Assembly (NCBI GenBank): GCA_039187035.1
Contig: JBCCZS010000001.1
Span: 2,284 to 66,283 of the forward strand
Length of the DNA stretch: 64,000 nucleotides
Direction of reading: 5' to 3'
Source: Pseudomonadota bacterium
Lineage (GTDB): Bacteria > Pseudomonadota > Alphaproteobacteria > Caulobacterales > Parvularculaceae
Below, piece after piece: positions 8,579 to 17,190 of the stretch. The notes under the pieces are model-generated. The model had not been told where the DNA came from. It saw only the letters and a list, made by a program, of their open reading frames with translations, and ran no database searches. Both the position numbers and the translations under genes were made by a program. Each line of letters begins with the position of its first letter. Positions within the stretch are counted from its first letter, which is position 1.

Positions 8579-10750
8579 ATGCGACTGAGGGGTTTCCGCC
8601 AAAACCGGTCCGCGCTGCTGGCCGCCACGTTGCTGACCACGTCGGCGCTGACGACGTCGGTGCTGGCCACGTCGGCGCTCGCCCAGTCGCCGGCCGGCGA
8701 CGAAGCGGACGGCGAAGCCGTCGATGAGATCGTCGTTACGGGCCGCGCGCAGGAGCTTTATCGGGTCGACACGGTCACGTCGGGCAAACTGCCGACCGCG
8801 CCGCTGACCTCGCCGATCACGATCACGACGATCACCAAAGAACTGATCGCCGACCAGGGCGCGCGCGACGCGCAGGACATTTATCGCAACATCTCAGGGG
8901 TTACGGTCTTCAGTTACGCCGGCGTCACCGCGCGGGGCTTCCGACAGGAGGAGAACTTCTATGACGGCCTGCGCGGCGACCCCTACGCAGGCTTTTCCGT
9001 GCCGCAGCTTTTCAATGTTGAACGCGTGGAGTTCCTGAAAGGGCCGGCCGGCATGCTCTACGGCCCCGGCGCGCCCGGCGGCCTGTTCAATTACATCACG
9101 AAACGTCCGACTGAGGAGTTTACCGGCCGGATCGCCGGCATCTACGGCACCGAGGGCCGCAAAGGCGGGTCCGGCGAGGTGGCCGGCGCGCTTCCGATCG
9201 AGGGCGCGGCGGGCCGCTTCGGTATTTTCTATGAAGACGGCAACTTACAGCGCCGCAACGCCGCGAGCGAGATCCTCATCTTCGACGCCGGGCTGACCTT
9301 CGACGTCGGCATCGGCGATCTGATCCTGCAAGCGGTCCATTACGACCAGGACCTTCAGGGCAACCGGCTGCGCGGCGTGCCGGTGGACGACACCGGCGTT
9401 TTCATCGCCGACCGCCGGTGGAACCACAACGAGGCGTCGGACTTTCTGCGCCTTGAATCGACCGTGCTGCAGGCGAAACTCGAAGGCGCCGTCGGGGACT
9501 CGATCGTCTACGACATCGGCTTCCGGTGGAACGACGTCGAAGAGAACCAGGAGTACCACGAGCCGCGCGGGCTCTTCGATTCGGACGGCGACGGCCTCGT
9601 CGACAGAAGCGTCCGGGAGTTTCGCGATCAAACACGCGGCAACGACTATTACTCCTTCGGCGCCAATCTCGTCTGGACGACGGATTTCGGCGCGATCGGC
9701 AATCGCGTCCTTGTCGGCGCCGATTGGTTCAAGCGGGAATCGCTGTTCGACGGCGTGACCGTCCGGGGACAGACGACGGACGTGCCGGGCCTTCCGACGA
9801 CGCTCAGCCTGTTCACGCCGGAATACGGGATCACCGATCCGTCGACCTATATACGACCGCCGGCGCGGGTTACGGAAAACGAGCAGGTCCGCTACGGCTT
9901 TTACGCGCTTGACGAGATCACCATCGGTCGGTTGATCGCCACGTTCGGGGCGCGGTTCGATCGGTTCAAGGATACGAACCTTCTGACGGACGAGGGGTTC
10001 GACGACGACGCCGTTACGCTGCGCGCCGGTCTCGTTTATCGTATCCGCGACGACGTCTCTATCTTCGGTCAGTGGGCGGAGAGCTTTGAGCCGCAGGGGA
10101 TCGGCGCCCAGAACCCGCTCGCCGGCGGCCCGTTTGAGCCGACGGCCGGGGACATGTTCGAAGGCGGCGTTAGAACGGAATTGCTGGACGGCCGCATTCA
10201 GTCCTCTCTCGCGATTTACCGGATCAAACGCTCAAACGTTCTGCAGGCAGACCCGCTCGGGGACGTGCAGGGCGACGGCGTCGACGACTTCGTGGCGTTC
10301 GGCGAGGTGACCAGCAAGGGCGTCGAATTCGACGTCACCGCCGACATCACGCCGAACTGGGTGGCAACATTCAGCTACGCTTACAATGACACGCGCATCA
10401 CCGGCGACAATGGCGGCGGCGGCATTTCAAACCGCGTCGGCGACCGGTTCGCCAACGCGCCGGAAAACCAGGCCGGGTTCTGGACCCGCTACCAGATCCC
10501 CGAATACAACCTCGCCTTCGCTCTCGGCGGCGACTATGTCGACGTACGCCAAAGCTTGAGCGGTCAGAAGGTTCGTCCCTATACGGTGTTTGACGCCTCG
10601 ATCATTTACTCGCCGGGGTCATGGAACGCGCTTCTCAGGATCGACAACCTCTTCGACCATACTTACGCCGCGTCAGGATTTATCGAGCGTACGGGGCATT
10701 TCCCGGGCCAACCGCGGCAAGTCTTTCTTGAGCTCTCGCGAAACTTCTAA
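8579..10750 (+). CDS. TonB-dependent siderophore-type receptor
   Basis: Signal peptide MRLRGFRQNRSALLAATLL...ALAQSP, plug motifs (VERVEFLKGPAGMLYGPGAPGG), and a terminal ...LELSRNF. Confidence 0.9.
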   Translation: MRLRGFRQNRSALLAATLLTTSALTTSVLATSALAQSPAGDEADGEAVDEIVVTGRAQELYRVDTVTSGKLPTAPLTSPITITTITKELIADQGARDAQDIYRNISGVTVFSYAGVTARGFRQEENFYDGLRGDPYAGFSVPQLFNVERVEFLKGPAGMLYGPGAPGGLFNYITKRPTEEFTGRIAGIYGTEGRKGGSGEVAGALPIEGAAGRFGIFYEDGNLQRRNAASEILIFDAGLTFDVGIGDLILQAVHYDQDLQGNRLRGVPVDDTGVFIADRRWNHNEASDFLRLESTVLQAKLEGAVGDSIVYDIGFRWNDVEENQEYHEPRGLFDSDGDGLVDRSVREFRDQTRGNDYYSFGANLVWTTDFGAIGNRVLVGADWFKRESLFDGVTVRGQTTDVPGLPTTLSLFTPEYGITDPSTYIRPPARVTENEQVRYGFYALDEITIGRLIATFGARFDRFKDTNLLTDEGFDDDAVTLRAGLVYRIRDDVSIFGQWAESFEPQGIGAQNPLAGGPFEPTAGDMFEGGVRTELLDGRIQSSLAIYRIKRSNVLQADPLGDVQGDGVDDFVAFGEVTSKGVEFDVTADITPNWVATFSYAYNDTRITGDNGGGGISNRVGDRFANAPENQAGFWTRYQIPEYNLAFALGGDYVDVRQSLSGQKVRPYTVFDASIIYSPGSWNALLRIDNLFDHTYAASGFIERTGHFPGQPRQVFLELSRNF

Positions 10751-10784
10751 GAGGGGAGAGCCGGCGGGCCGGGGGGGGCTCGCA

Positions 10785-10821
10785 GCCGCGGCGTCGGCGA
10801 CGGCGCCGCGGCTTCTTCTTT
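10785..10821 (+). terminator. Rho-independent terminator candidate
   Basis: 9-bp GC stem GCCGCGGCG/CGCCGCGGC with a 10-nt loop, followed by TTCTTCTTT, 35 nt after the receptor stop codon. Confidence 0.6.
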
Positions 10822-10945
10822 GGACGCCGCCGATCGCGCGAACGTAGGGCGCCGATATTTTATCTGAATACTGACGGTGCTTGACGCCGTCAGACAAGCC
10901 TCGCGTTCGGGCGGTCAGTGCGGCGCCGGGCGGTCTGAGCGGCGC

Positions 10946-12181
10946 TTAGCCCATTGGATCGTCCATAGACGGCGTGAGGCCGGTGAAGAGCTTTGCGCCC
11001 GCCTCGGTCATGTAGAGGCAGTCTTCATGGCGGACGCCGAATTTTCCGGGTACGTAGATGCCCGGCTCGTTCGATAGGCACATGCCGGGCGCCAGCGGCA
11101 TATCCTCATTGCCGACGAAATTAATCGGCTCGTGCGTCTCCATGCCGATGCCGTGCCCCAAGCGATGCGACAGGCCCGGCAATTGGTAGCCGGGACCAAA
11201 GCCCGCGGTTTCGTAAAATTCTCGGACGGCCGCATCCACCTGGCGTGCGGGAAGGCCGACTTTTGCGGTCTTGAGCGCGATCTCCTGGCCTTCACGCACG
11301 GTGTTCCAGACGCGCGCCTGCTCCGCATTCGCCTCGCCATGCACCCACGTTCGCGAGATGTCCGATTTATAACCGTGTACGTCGCACCCGCAATCCATCA
11401 AAATCATTTGACCGTCCTCGACCGCGTGGACCTTCTTGGAGCCATGCGGGTAGGCGCTGGCTTCTCCGATCAAGGCGAGCGCAAAGGTCGCCTCGACGCC
11501 GTGCTTGCGGGTCGCCTCGCGCATCATCGCGCCGATATCGGCGCCGACCATGCCCGCTTCGACCTTCGGGTAAATCTCGCGATAGGCCGCCATCGTAATG
11601 TCGTTCGCCGTTTGCATGAGCGCCAATTCGTGTTCGGACTTAATCATCCGGCAGCCGTAAACGACGCCGTCTGCTGACGTCGTTTCGCGATTGCTCATAT
11701 CCTTTTTCAACCCGTCGACGACGAAATAGCGCACGCTCGCTTCTAGCCCCAGGGGGCCGGCCGCGCCGCGGTCGTCAAGTACGCCTTTGACCAGTGCAAA
11801 GGGCGATTCATCTTCATTCCAGACCCGGAGTTCCGCATCGAGCGTCATCTGTTCACGGATCGACGGTTCTTCAAAGGCCGGCGCGATGATCGCCATGTCT
11901 CCTTTGGCGGGGATGACAACAGCCACGAGGCGCTCGGACCGCCACCAGCCGAGCCCCGCGAAATATAGCATGGACGCACCCGGCTCGAGCAGAACGCCCG
12001 ACAGCCCCTGCCGTTTCATCAATTCCTGCGCTTTAGCGATCCGTGCACGGCGCTCGTCCGCGGAAATCGGTTCCGGCAGCGTAATCGCCGTCGTCTTCTC
12101 CGCATGGCTCGACGACGCGGCGGCGCCCGCCATGGCCGTGCCGACGGCGGCTGATTTTAGAAAGTCTCGCTTGGTGATCAT
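10946..12181 (-). CDS. M24 family Xaa-Pro peptidase, exported (Tat-like signal)
   Basis: MITKRDFLKSAAVGTAMAGAAA signal. Canonical pita-bread ligand motifs DCGCDVHGYKSDISRT, HGIGMETHE, SNEPGIY, RHED. Confidence 0.85.
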   Translation of the reverse strand: MITKRDFLKSAAVGTAMAGAAASSSHAEKTTAITLPEPISADERRARIAKAQELMKRQGLSGVLLEPGASMLYFAGLGWWRSERLVAVVIPAKGDMAIIAPAFEEPSIREQMTLDAELRVWNEDESPFALVKGVLDDRGAAGPLGLEASVRYFVVDGLKKDMSNRETTSADGVVYGCRMIKSEHELALMQTANDITMAAYREIYPKVEAGMVGADIGAMMREATRKHGVEATFALALIGEASAYPHGSKKVHAVEDGQMILMDCGCDVHGYKSDISRTWVHGEANAEQARVWNTVREGQEIALKTAKVGLPARQVDAAVREFYETAGFGPGYQLPGLSHRLGHGIGMETHEPINFVGNEDMPLAPGMCLSNEPGIYVPGKFGVRHEDCLYMTEAGAKLFTGLTPSMDDPMG

Positions 12182-12614
12182 GGGGCCTCTTCCGTTTTGG
12201 CGGCGAGCTTAGCGCATCGGGCGTCGTCCAGCCACGCCCAATCCGTTTTTCAACAGCGCAAAAGAGCTAAAGCCGGCGTGCGCGACCGACAGACCCTGGC
12301 GACGCCTTAAAAGTATACGTCGTATAGAACCTATTAGGCTTCGACCGACCGCGGCCCGTAGGCGTCTAGATCCCGGCGCGGAGCGGGCGGTGGAGCGAAC
12401 CCGCCCCCCGGGCGGTTCGGTGCGGCGGGCCTTCTCCCTGATGAAACAGCAGGTCGACAACGCGAACTTGTCAATCGGAATTCGGGCGCGTACGCCACGC
12501 GTAGCGTTAATTCTGGCCGGGACGGCGGCGTTGCGCGGTCCGCCGCAGGCGCGGCGCAAGCGGCGTCGGCGGGCTAACCGCGAGCCGCGGCGCAGATAAT
12601 TTGTGTAGAGACGG

Positions 12615-13781
12615 CTAGGCGTCGTCGCTCGGAAAGGTGATGGCGGCGACGGCGCCGCCCGTCGGCGCATTCGACAGCTCGAGGGCGCCGCCATGCGCCT
12701 CGGCGATCGCCCGGACGACCGCGAGCCCGAGGCCGGAGCCGCCTTGCGCCCGATCGCGCGACGGGTCGCCTCGCCAGAAACGGTCGCTCGCCCGGTCGAG
12801 CGCCTCATCGGAAAAACCGGCGCCCGCGTCCGCGACCTTAATGGATACGGTCCCGTTATCGTGAGCGCACGCCACGGTGCAGCGCGCATCGGGGCCTGCG
12901 TAACGCAACGCGTTGCTGATGAGCGCGACCAGCGCCTGTTTGACGCGCTCGGCGTCCACGCAAACGTTGATCGCGCGGCGCGCGGGCGCGATGGCGAGCG
13001 CGCCGCCGGCCTGGTCGAATTGCGGGCGCATGAAGTTTACGGCGTCCACCGCGCAAGCTTCGAGGTCCGTTTGCGTCCGGTGAAGAACCAACCCCTTCGA
13101 TTCTGCGAGCGAGATCAGCTTGAGATCGTCGACCAATCGGGACAGGCCGGCCACATGCCCGAGGATCAAATCCAACTGTTCCGTATTCGCCTGAAAAACG
13201 CCGTCCTGTATGCCTTGGACGTAACCCTGGATCACCGTCAGCGGCGTGCGTAATTCATGCGCCACCGATGCCGACGTATAGCGCACGTTATCTTCCATTT
13301 TTTGAAGCGAGTCCGAAAGATAGATGAAGCTCTCGCTCAACGAGACGATCTCTTCCGACGCGCCGTCCGGGATCTCCATGCGATGGGAGAAGTCGCCATT
13401 GGCGATGAGTTTCGCCGATTGGGACGCTTTTTCGAGCGGCAGCGTCAGGCGCCTTGAAAGGTTCCACGCCAGCCCCGACCCGACGATTATTACGAGCACG
13501 GATAATAGGGCGAACACCAAGTAACTATTTTCGTATGCCGGGTAAATGTGTTTCTCGTGGGCGAGCGCGATCTCCTCCAGAACGCCCGGCGCCGGCGGGC
13601 CGTCCTCCAACCAGTCTTGCTCAACCGCTTCGCGCGCGGCCTCTGAAAGATCAGTGTAGAACCGGTCCTCTCCGATCGACAGATATAACAACGTGCCCGC
13701 GAGCGCGAAGGAGAAGCCGCCCGCGAGGAGACCCACGATGGAGAACAGTATGCGACCGCGTAGAGAGTTCGAGCGCGCCAC
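12615..13781 (-). CDS. Sensor histidine kinase (HAMP-HisKA-HATPase)
   Basis: Two TM segments, H-box SVAHELRTPLTVI, and G-box region GSGLGLAVV. Confidence 0.9.
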   Translation of the reverse strand: MARSNSLRGRILFSIVGLLAGGFSFALAGTLLYLSIGEDRFYTDLSEAAREAVEQDWLEDGPPAPGVLEEIALAHEKHIYPAYENSYLVFALLSVLVIIVGSGLAWNLSRRLTLPLEKASQSAKLIANGDFSHRMEIPDGASEEIVSLSESFIYLSDSLQKMEDNVRYTSASVAHELRTPLTVIQGYVQGIQDGVFQANTEQLDLILGHVAGLSRLVDDLKLISLAESKGLVLHRTQTDLEACAVDAVNFMRPQFDQAGGALAIAPARRAINVCVDAERVKQALVALISNALRYAGPDARCTVACAHDNGTVSIKVADAGAGFSDEALDRASDRFWRGDPSRDRAQGGSGLGLAVVRAIAEAHGGALELSNAPTGGAVAAITFPSDDA

Positions 13782-13786
13782 GACGC

Positions 13787-14512
13787 CTAACGATCGCCGA
13801 AGCGATAGCCGAAACCGCGGCGAACGCTAACGAGGTCGGCCGCGCCGACTTCGTGAAGTTTTTTCCGGAGATGGCTCACATGGCTGTCGACCGTCCGCTC
13901 AAGGGCGTCGCTTTCGGGAAAGCACGACCCCAGGATTTCCCCGCGGGAAAACACCTTGTTCGGCGTTTGCATGAGAAGGAGCAAAATCTTGTATTCGCTC
14001 GGCGTCAGGTTCAGAACGGTGCGGCGTGCGCCATTCTGATAGACCACGCGGCTGTCGTCGAGATCTACGGTGATCCCTGATCGACGTAGCAGTTTCGGCG
14101 CCACGCGGCCGTCGGCGCGGTGGAGAACGGCTTTGATCCGGGCGACGACTTCGGACGGGTTGAACGGTTTGACGACGTAGTCGTCCGCACCAAGACCAAG
14201 GCCGTTTAATTTATCCTCGTCTTCTATCCGCGCGCTAATGATGATCACGGGCGTGTCCGAACTCGCGCGGATCGCCTCCAAGACTTCGAATCCGTCGCGC
14301 TTCGGCAAATTGACGTCGAGCAAAATGATATCCGGGCGAACCGCGCGGCGCCGCCGCAACGCTTCCTCGCCGTCCGGCGCGAGATAGGCGCGGCACCCGT
14401 GGCTTTCCGCATAATCCCGCAAGATGCGCGCGATGTCCGTGTCGTCCTCAACAATAAGGACGCGTTTGTCGTTGAGGGCGTCGTCGTGCGGTCGCTTCGT
14501 CGTATCTTGCAT
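13787..14512 (-). CDS. OmpR-family response regulator
   Basis: RVLIVEDD, IILLDVNLP, VVKPF, and a winged-helix C-terminus ...VRRGFGYRF. ATG at 14512 chosen over the longer ORF start. Confidence 0.9.
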   Translation of the reverse strand: MQDTTKRPHDDALNDKRVLIVEDDTDIARILRDYAESHGCRAYLAPDGEEALRRRRAVRPDIILLDVNLPKRDGFEVLEAIRASSDTPVIIISARIEDEDKLNGLGLGADDYVVKPFNPSEVVARIKAVLHRADGRVAPKLLRRSGITVDLDDSRVVYQNGARRTVLNLTPSEYKILLLLMQTPNKVFSRGEILGSCFPESDALERTVDSHVSHLRKKLHEVGAADLVSVRRGFGYRFGDR

Positions 14513-14566
14513 CAAAAACGCGCTCCGACGCTCGTTCGGCGAGCCTGCCCATAGCGGGACGGGTAT

Positions 14567-14602
14567 GGAGACTATGTGGAGGCGCGCCTCCACATAGTCT
14601 CC
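14567..14602. repeat. Perfect 36-bp palindrome (candidate operator or hairpin)
   Basis: GGAGACTATGTGGAGGCG|CGCCTCCACATAGTCTCC, read directly. It lies in the divergent intergenic region between the response regulator and the amine oxidase. Confidence 0.95.
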
Positions 14603-14643
14603 ACAGATAGCCGTAGGCTGCGGTTCCATCAAAGAGGTTTCTT

Positions 14644-15867
14644 ATGATGGAAAGACGCGTTCTGCTGACGTCTGCTGCTGCGACCGTTGCGGCGGCCCTT
14701 ACGGCGACCATGCAACCGCTGCCTGTGCGGGCGCAATCGCCGCTTCGTCCCAAGGGGTATTTGAGAACGAATTGGAGCAAGGACCCGTTCGCCTTCGGCT
14801 CCTACTCGTACACCGCCAAGGGATCGAGCATGCGCGATCGGCGCCGGCTCGCCGCGCCGATAGATGATAAGGTCTACTTCGCCGGCGAAGCTTGCCACCC
14901 GGACTACAACTCAACCGTACACGCAGCTTATGAGAGCGGCGTTATGGCCGGCGAGGCCGTCGAAAAGACGGGCAAAGAACGCATCGCCGTCATCGGCGCC
15001 GGCATGAGCGGCCTTGCGGCCGCCAGCCGCTTGGCCGGCGCCGGCCGATCGGTCACCGTATTTGAGGCGCGCGACCGCATTGGCGGGCGCGTTTGGACCA
15101 ATGCCGACCTCGGGACGCCGCTCGATCTCGGCGCGAGTTGGATTCATGGCGTCAGGAAAAACCCGTTAACCGCGCTTTCCGATCGCCTTGACGTCGCGCG
15201 CGTCGCAACCGACGACAGTTCCGTCATTCGCGGGAACGGCGGATCACGGCTCAGATCGTCACCGTCCTGGATGCGGGGGATTGAAACCCAACTTAGTGCC
15301 GGTACGGAGCTATCCACGCTCAATCTGCTCGCCTACGCGCTGCAGTCGGACTATGGCGGCGAGGACGTCATTTTTCCCGGAGGGTATTCGGCGCTTTTCA
15401 AAGGCCTCGCCGGACCTTACGTCGTCAAGACGAATAGCGCCGTCACATCCGTGTCCATCGACGACGCGGGGGTCACGTTGGCGGTCGGGGACGAGGCCGC
15501 GGCGTTCGACGCGGTTGTCGTCACGCTGCCGTTGGGCGTCCTGAAGCGCGAAACCGTCCGCTTCATCCCACCGTTGCCGGAGGAGAAGCGGACTGCGATC
15601 GAGCGGCTGGGCTTCGGCCTGTTGGACAAACTCTACCTGCAATTCGAAACGGTCTTCTGGGATAAGAGCCCGACTTGGATCGAACTGCCTGAAACGCGTT
15701 TGCCGCGCGGTCAGTTCAATCAATGGCTCAACATTTATAAATATACAGGAGCGCCGATCATCGCGGCGTTCAACGGCGCCTCTCCGGCTCGCGACCTGGC
15801 GACGCTTGATGATGACGCGCTCTTATCGCGCGCACTGACCGCCCTCCAGCGCGCCTACCCAAGCTAG
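14644..15867 (+). CDS. Flavin-containing amine oxidase, motifs in circularly permuted order, with export signal
   Basis: Residues about 41-106 carry the normally C-terminal motif (NWSKDPFAFGSYSY...VYFAGEACHPDYNSTVHAAYESG). Residues 114-150 carry the normally N-terminal FAD fold (IAVIGAGMSGLAAASRLAGAGRSVTVFEARDRIGGRV). AGAGG RBS. Confidence 0.85.
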   Translation: MMERRVLLTSAAATVAAALTATMQPLPVRAQSPLRPKGYLRTNWSKDPFAFGSYSYTAKGSSMRDRRRLAAPIDDKVYFAGEACHPDYNSTVHAAYESGVMAGEAVEKTGKERIAVIGAGMSGLAAASRLAGAGRSVTVFEARDRIGGRVWTNADLGTPLDLGASWIHGVRKNPLTALSDRLDVARVATDDSSVIRGNGGSRLRSSPSWMRGIETQLSAGTELSTLNLLAYALQSDYGGEDVIFPGGYSALFKGLAGPYVVKTNSAVTSVSIDDAGVTLAVGDEAAAFDAVVVTLPLGVLKRETVRFIPPLPEEKRTAIERLGFGLLDKLYLQFETVFWDKSPTWIELPETRLPRGQFNQWLNIYKYTGAPIIAAFNGASPARDLATLDDDALLSRALTALQRAYPS

Positions 15868-15947
15868 GCGCTTCGAAACCGCGGACGTCGCCGGCTTTCA
15901 CCGTGACGCGGCGCAGTCCGACGATCGTCAACTAAGTAACGGGTTCA

Positions 15948-16868
15948 ATGATGACATCTATCTCGAAGAAATACCGCCGGTCATGGGCGTTTCGATACGG
16001 GGTCCTTGCGACGTTTTTCGTGGCGGCCCCGTTCGGGGCGGCGGCGCAGGACAATCGGCAAATCCCCGGTTATCAGGGCGACGCCGATAGCCGTGCGGAC
16101 AACGTAACGGGTAAGCCGTGGTCGTTCATTATCGGCGCCGGGTTCGGCATCGGTCCGCTTACGGACGGCTCAGGCGATACGGAACTCATTCCGTTGCCTC
16201 TCTTTAACGTGACCTATCGGGACTTCTTTTACATCGACGCGTTGGACGGGATCGGGATCAGCCCGGTCAGCACCGAAACGACGTTCGTCTCCATAGACGC
16301 CAACTTTGCGACGTCGCGGTCCGCCGATGACGACCGCAACAGTTTCCTCAACGACGGCGATTTCGAGCGCTTCGCCGGTCTCGGCGATGTAGACGGCGAC
16401 GTCGCGATTGAAGTCTACGCGTCGCATCTGTTCTTTGATGTCGTCGAAGCGTCGATTTCGGCAACGCGCGAATTTGGCGACGTCGACGGCTGGCAAGTCG
16501 CCGCCGGCCTCGCGTCCGGGGTCGAGATCGGCTCGGGGCTGTTTGTCGGCGTCGAGGCGTCGACGACGTGGTCGAGCGGCAATTACTCGCGTGCGTTCTT
16601 CGGCGTCACGCAGGCGCAGGCGGACGATCGACTGGCCGTCGCCGCGATTAATCCGGCGGTCGAGCCGTATGGCGTGTTCAACGCCGGCGCCGGTTTGACC
16701 GACGTGTCGGTCGGCGTCGGGGCCTTCAAAGCGTTCGGCCAAAACGATCGGTTCTTTGCGACGCTGGAGGCCGGGTATTCGTTCGCCCTCGGGGATTTGC
16801 GCGACAGCCCGATCACGGAACGGACGATTACGCCGGGCGGATCGTTCTCCTTAGGTTGGCGGTTTTAA
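15948..16868 (+). CDS. MipA/OmpV family outer-membrane protein
   Basis: Signal peptide, alternating beta-strand pattern, and the terminal SLGWRF typical of MipA-type barrels. It is adjacent to a two-component system, as is often seen. Confidence 0.75.
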   Translation: MMTSISKKYRRSWAFRYGVLATFFVAAPFGAAAQDNRQIPGYQGDADSRADNVTGKPWSFIIGAGFGIGPLTDGSGDTELIPLPLFNVTYRDFFYIDALDGIGISPVSTETTFVSIDANFATSRSADDDRNSFLNDGDFERFAGLGDVDGDVAIEVYASHLFFDVVEASISATREFGDVDGWQVAAGLASGVEIGSGLFVGVEASTTWSSGNYSRAFFGVTQAQADDRLAVAAINPAVEPYGVFNAGAGLTDVSVGVGAFKAFGQNDRFFATLEAGYSFALGDLRDSPITERTITPGGSFSLGWRF

Positions 16869-17066
16869 CGACCGCGCAATGAAGCGCGCGTGCGGCGGCG
16901 CTCGCCGCCAGGGGCGACGGCGCGGGACGTAACGGCAAAGCGAACAAACGCGTCTCGGATCCGATTTGGCGGATCCGCCTTCCGACAGCGCCCGTCGCAT
17001 GGTTACATACCGCGAGGTCGCCCCGCTGGGGTTTCATCAGCCCCCCGCCGGAAAAGAAAAACAACC

Positions 17067-17190
17067 ATGGGATCGACACCCGCGCGCTTGCGGATTGACA
17101 ACCGGTCCGCACGGCGGCTCTGGCTTGCCGCGCAAGGGCTCGCCGAGACGCCGACCGGCGCGTTCAATTCTATTCGGGAATTACGACCGC
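17067..17190 (+). pseudogene. N-terminal remnant of a YcaQ/DUF1006-like winged-helix gene
   Basis: MGSTPARLRIDNRSARRLWLAAQGLAETPTG resembles the family N-terminus (E. coli YcaQ LSLADARNLHLAAQGL). Similarity is lost where the convergent 832-aa gene ends. Confidence 0.4.

Noticed and set aside
15868-15947. Possible remnant of the canonical C-terminal amine-oxidase segment after the stop codon of the permuted gene.
   Set aside because: Translations in all three frames (for example ETADVAGFHRDAAQSDD) show no convincing W..DP...GSY motif, and the region is too short to judge.
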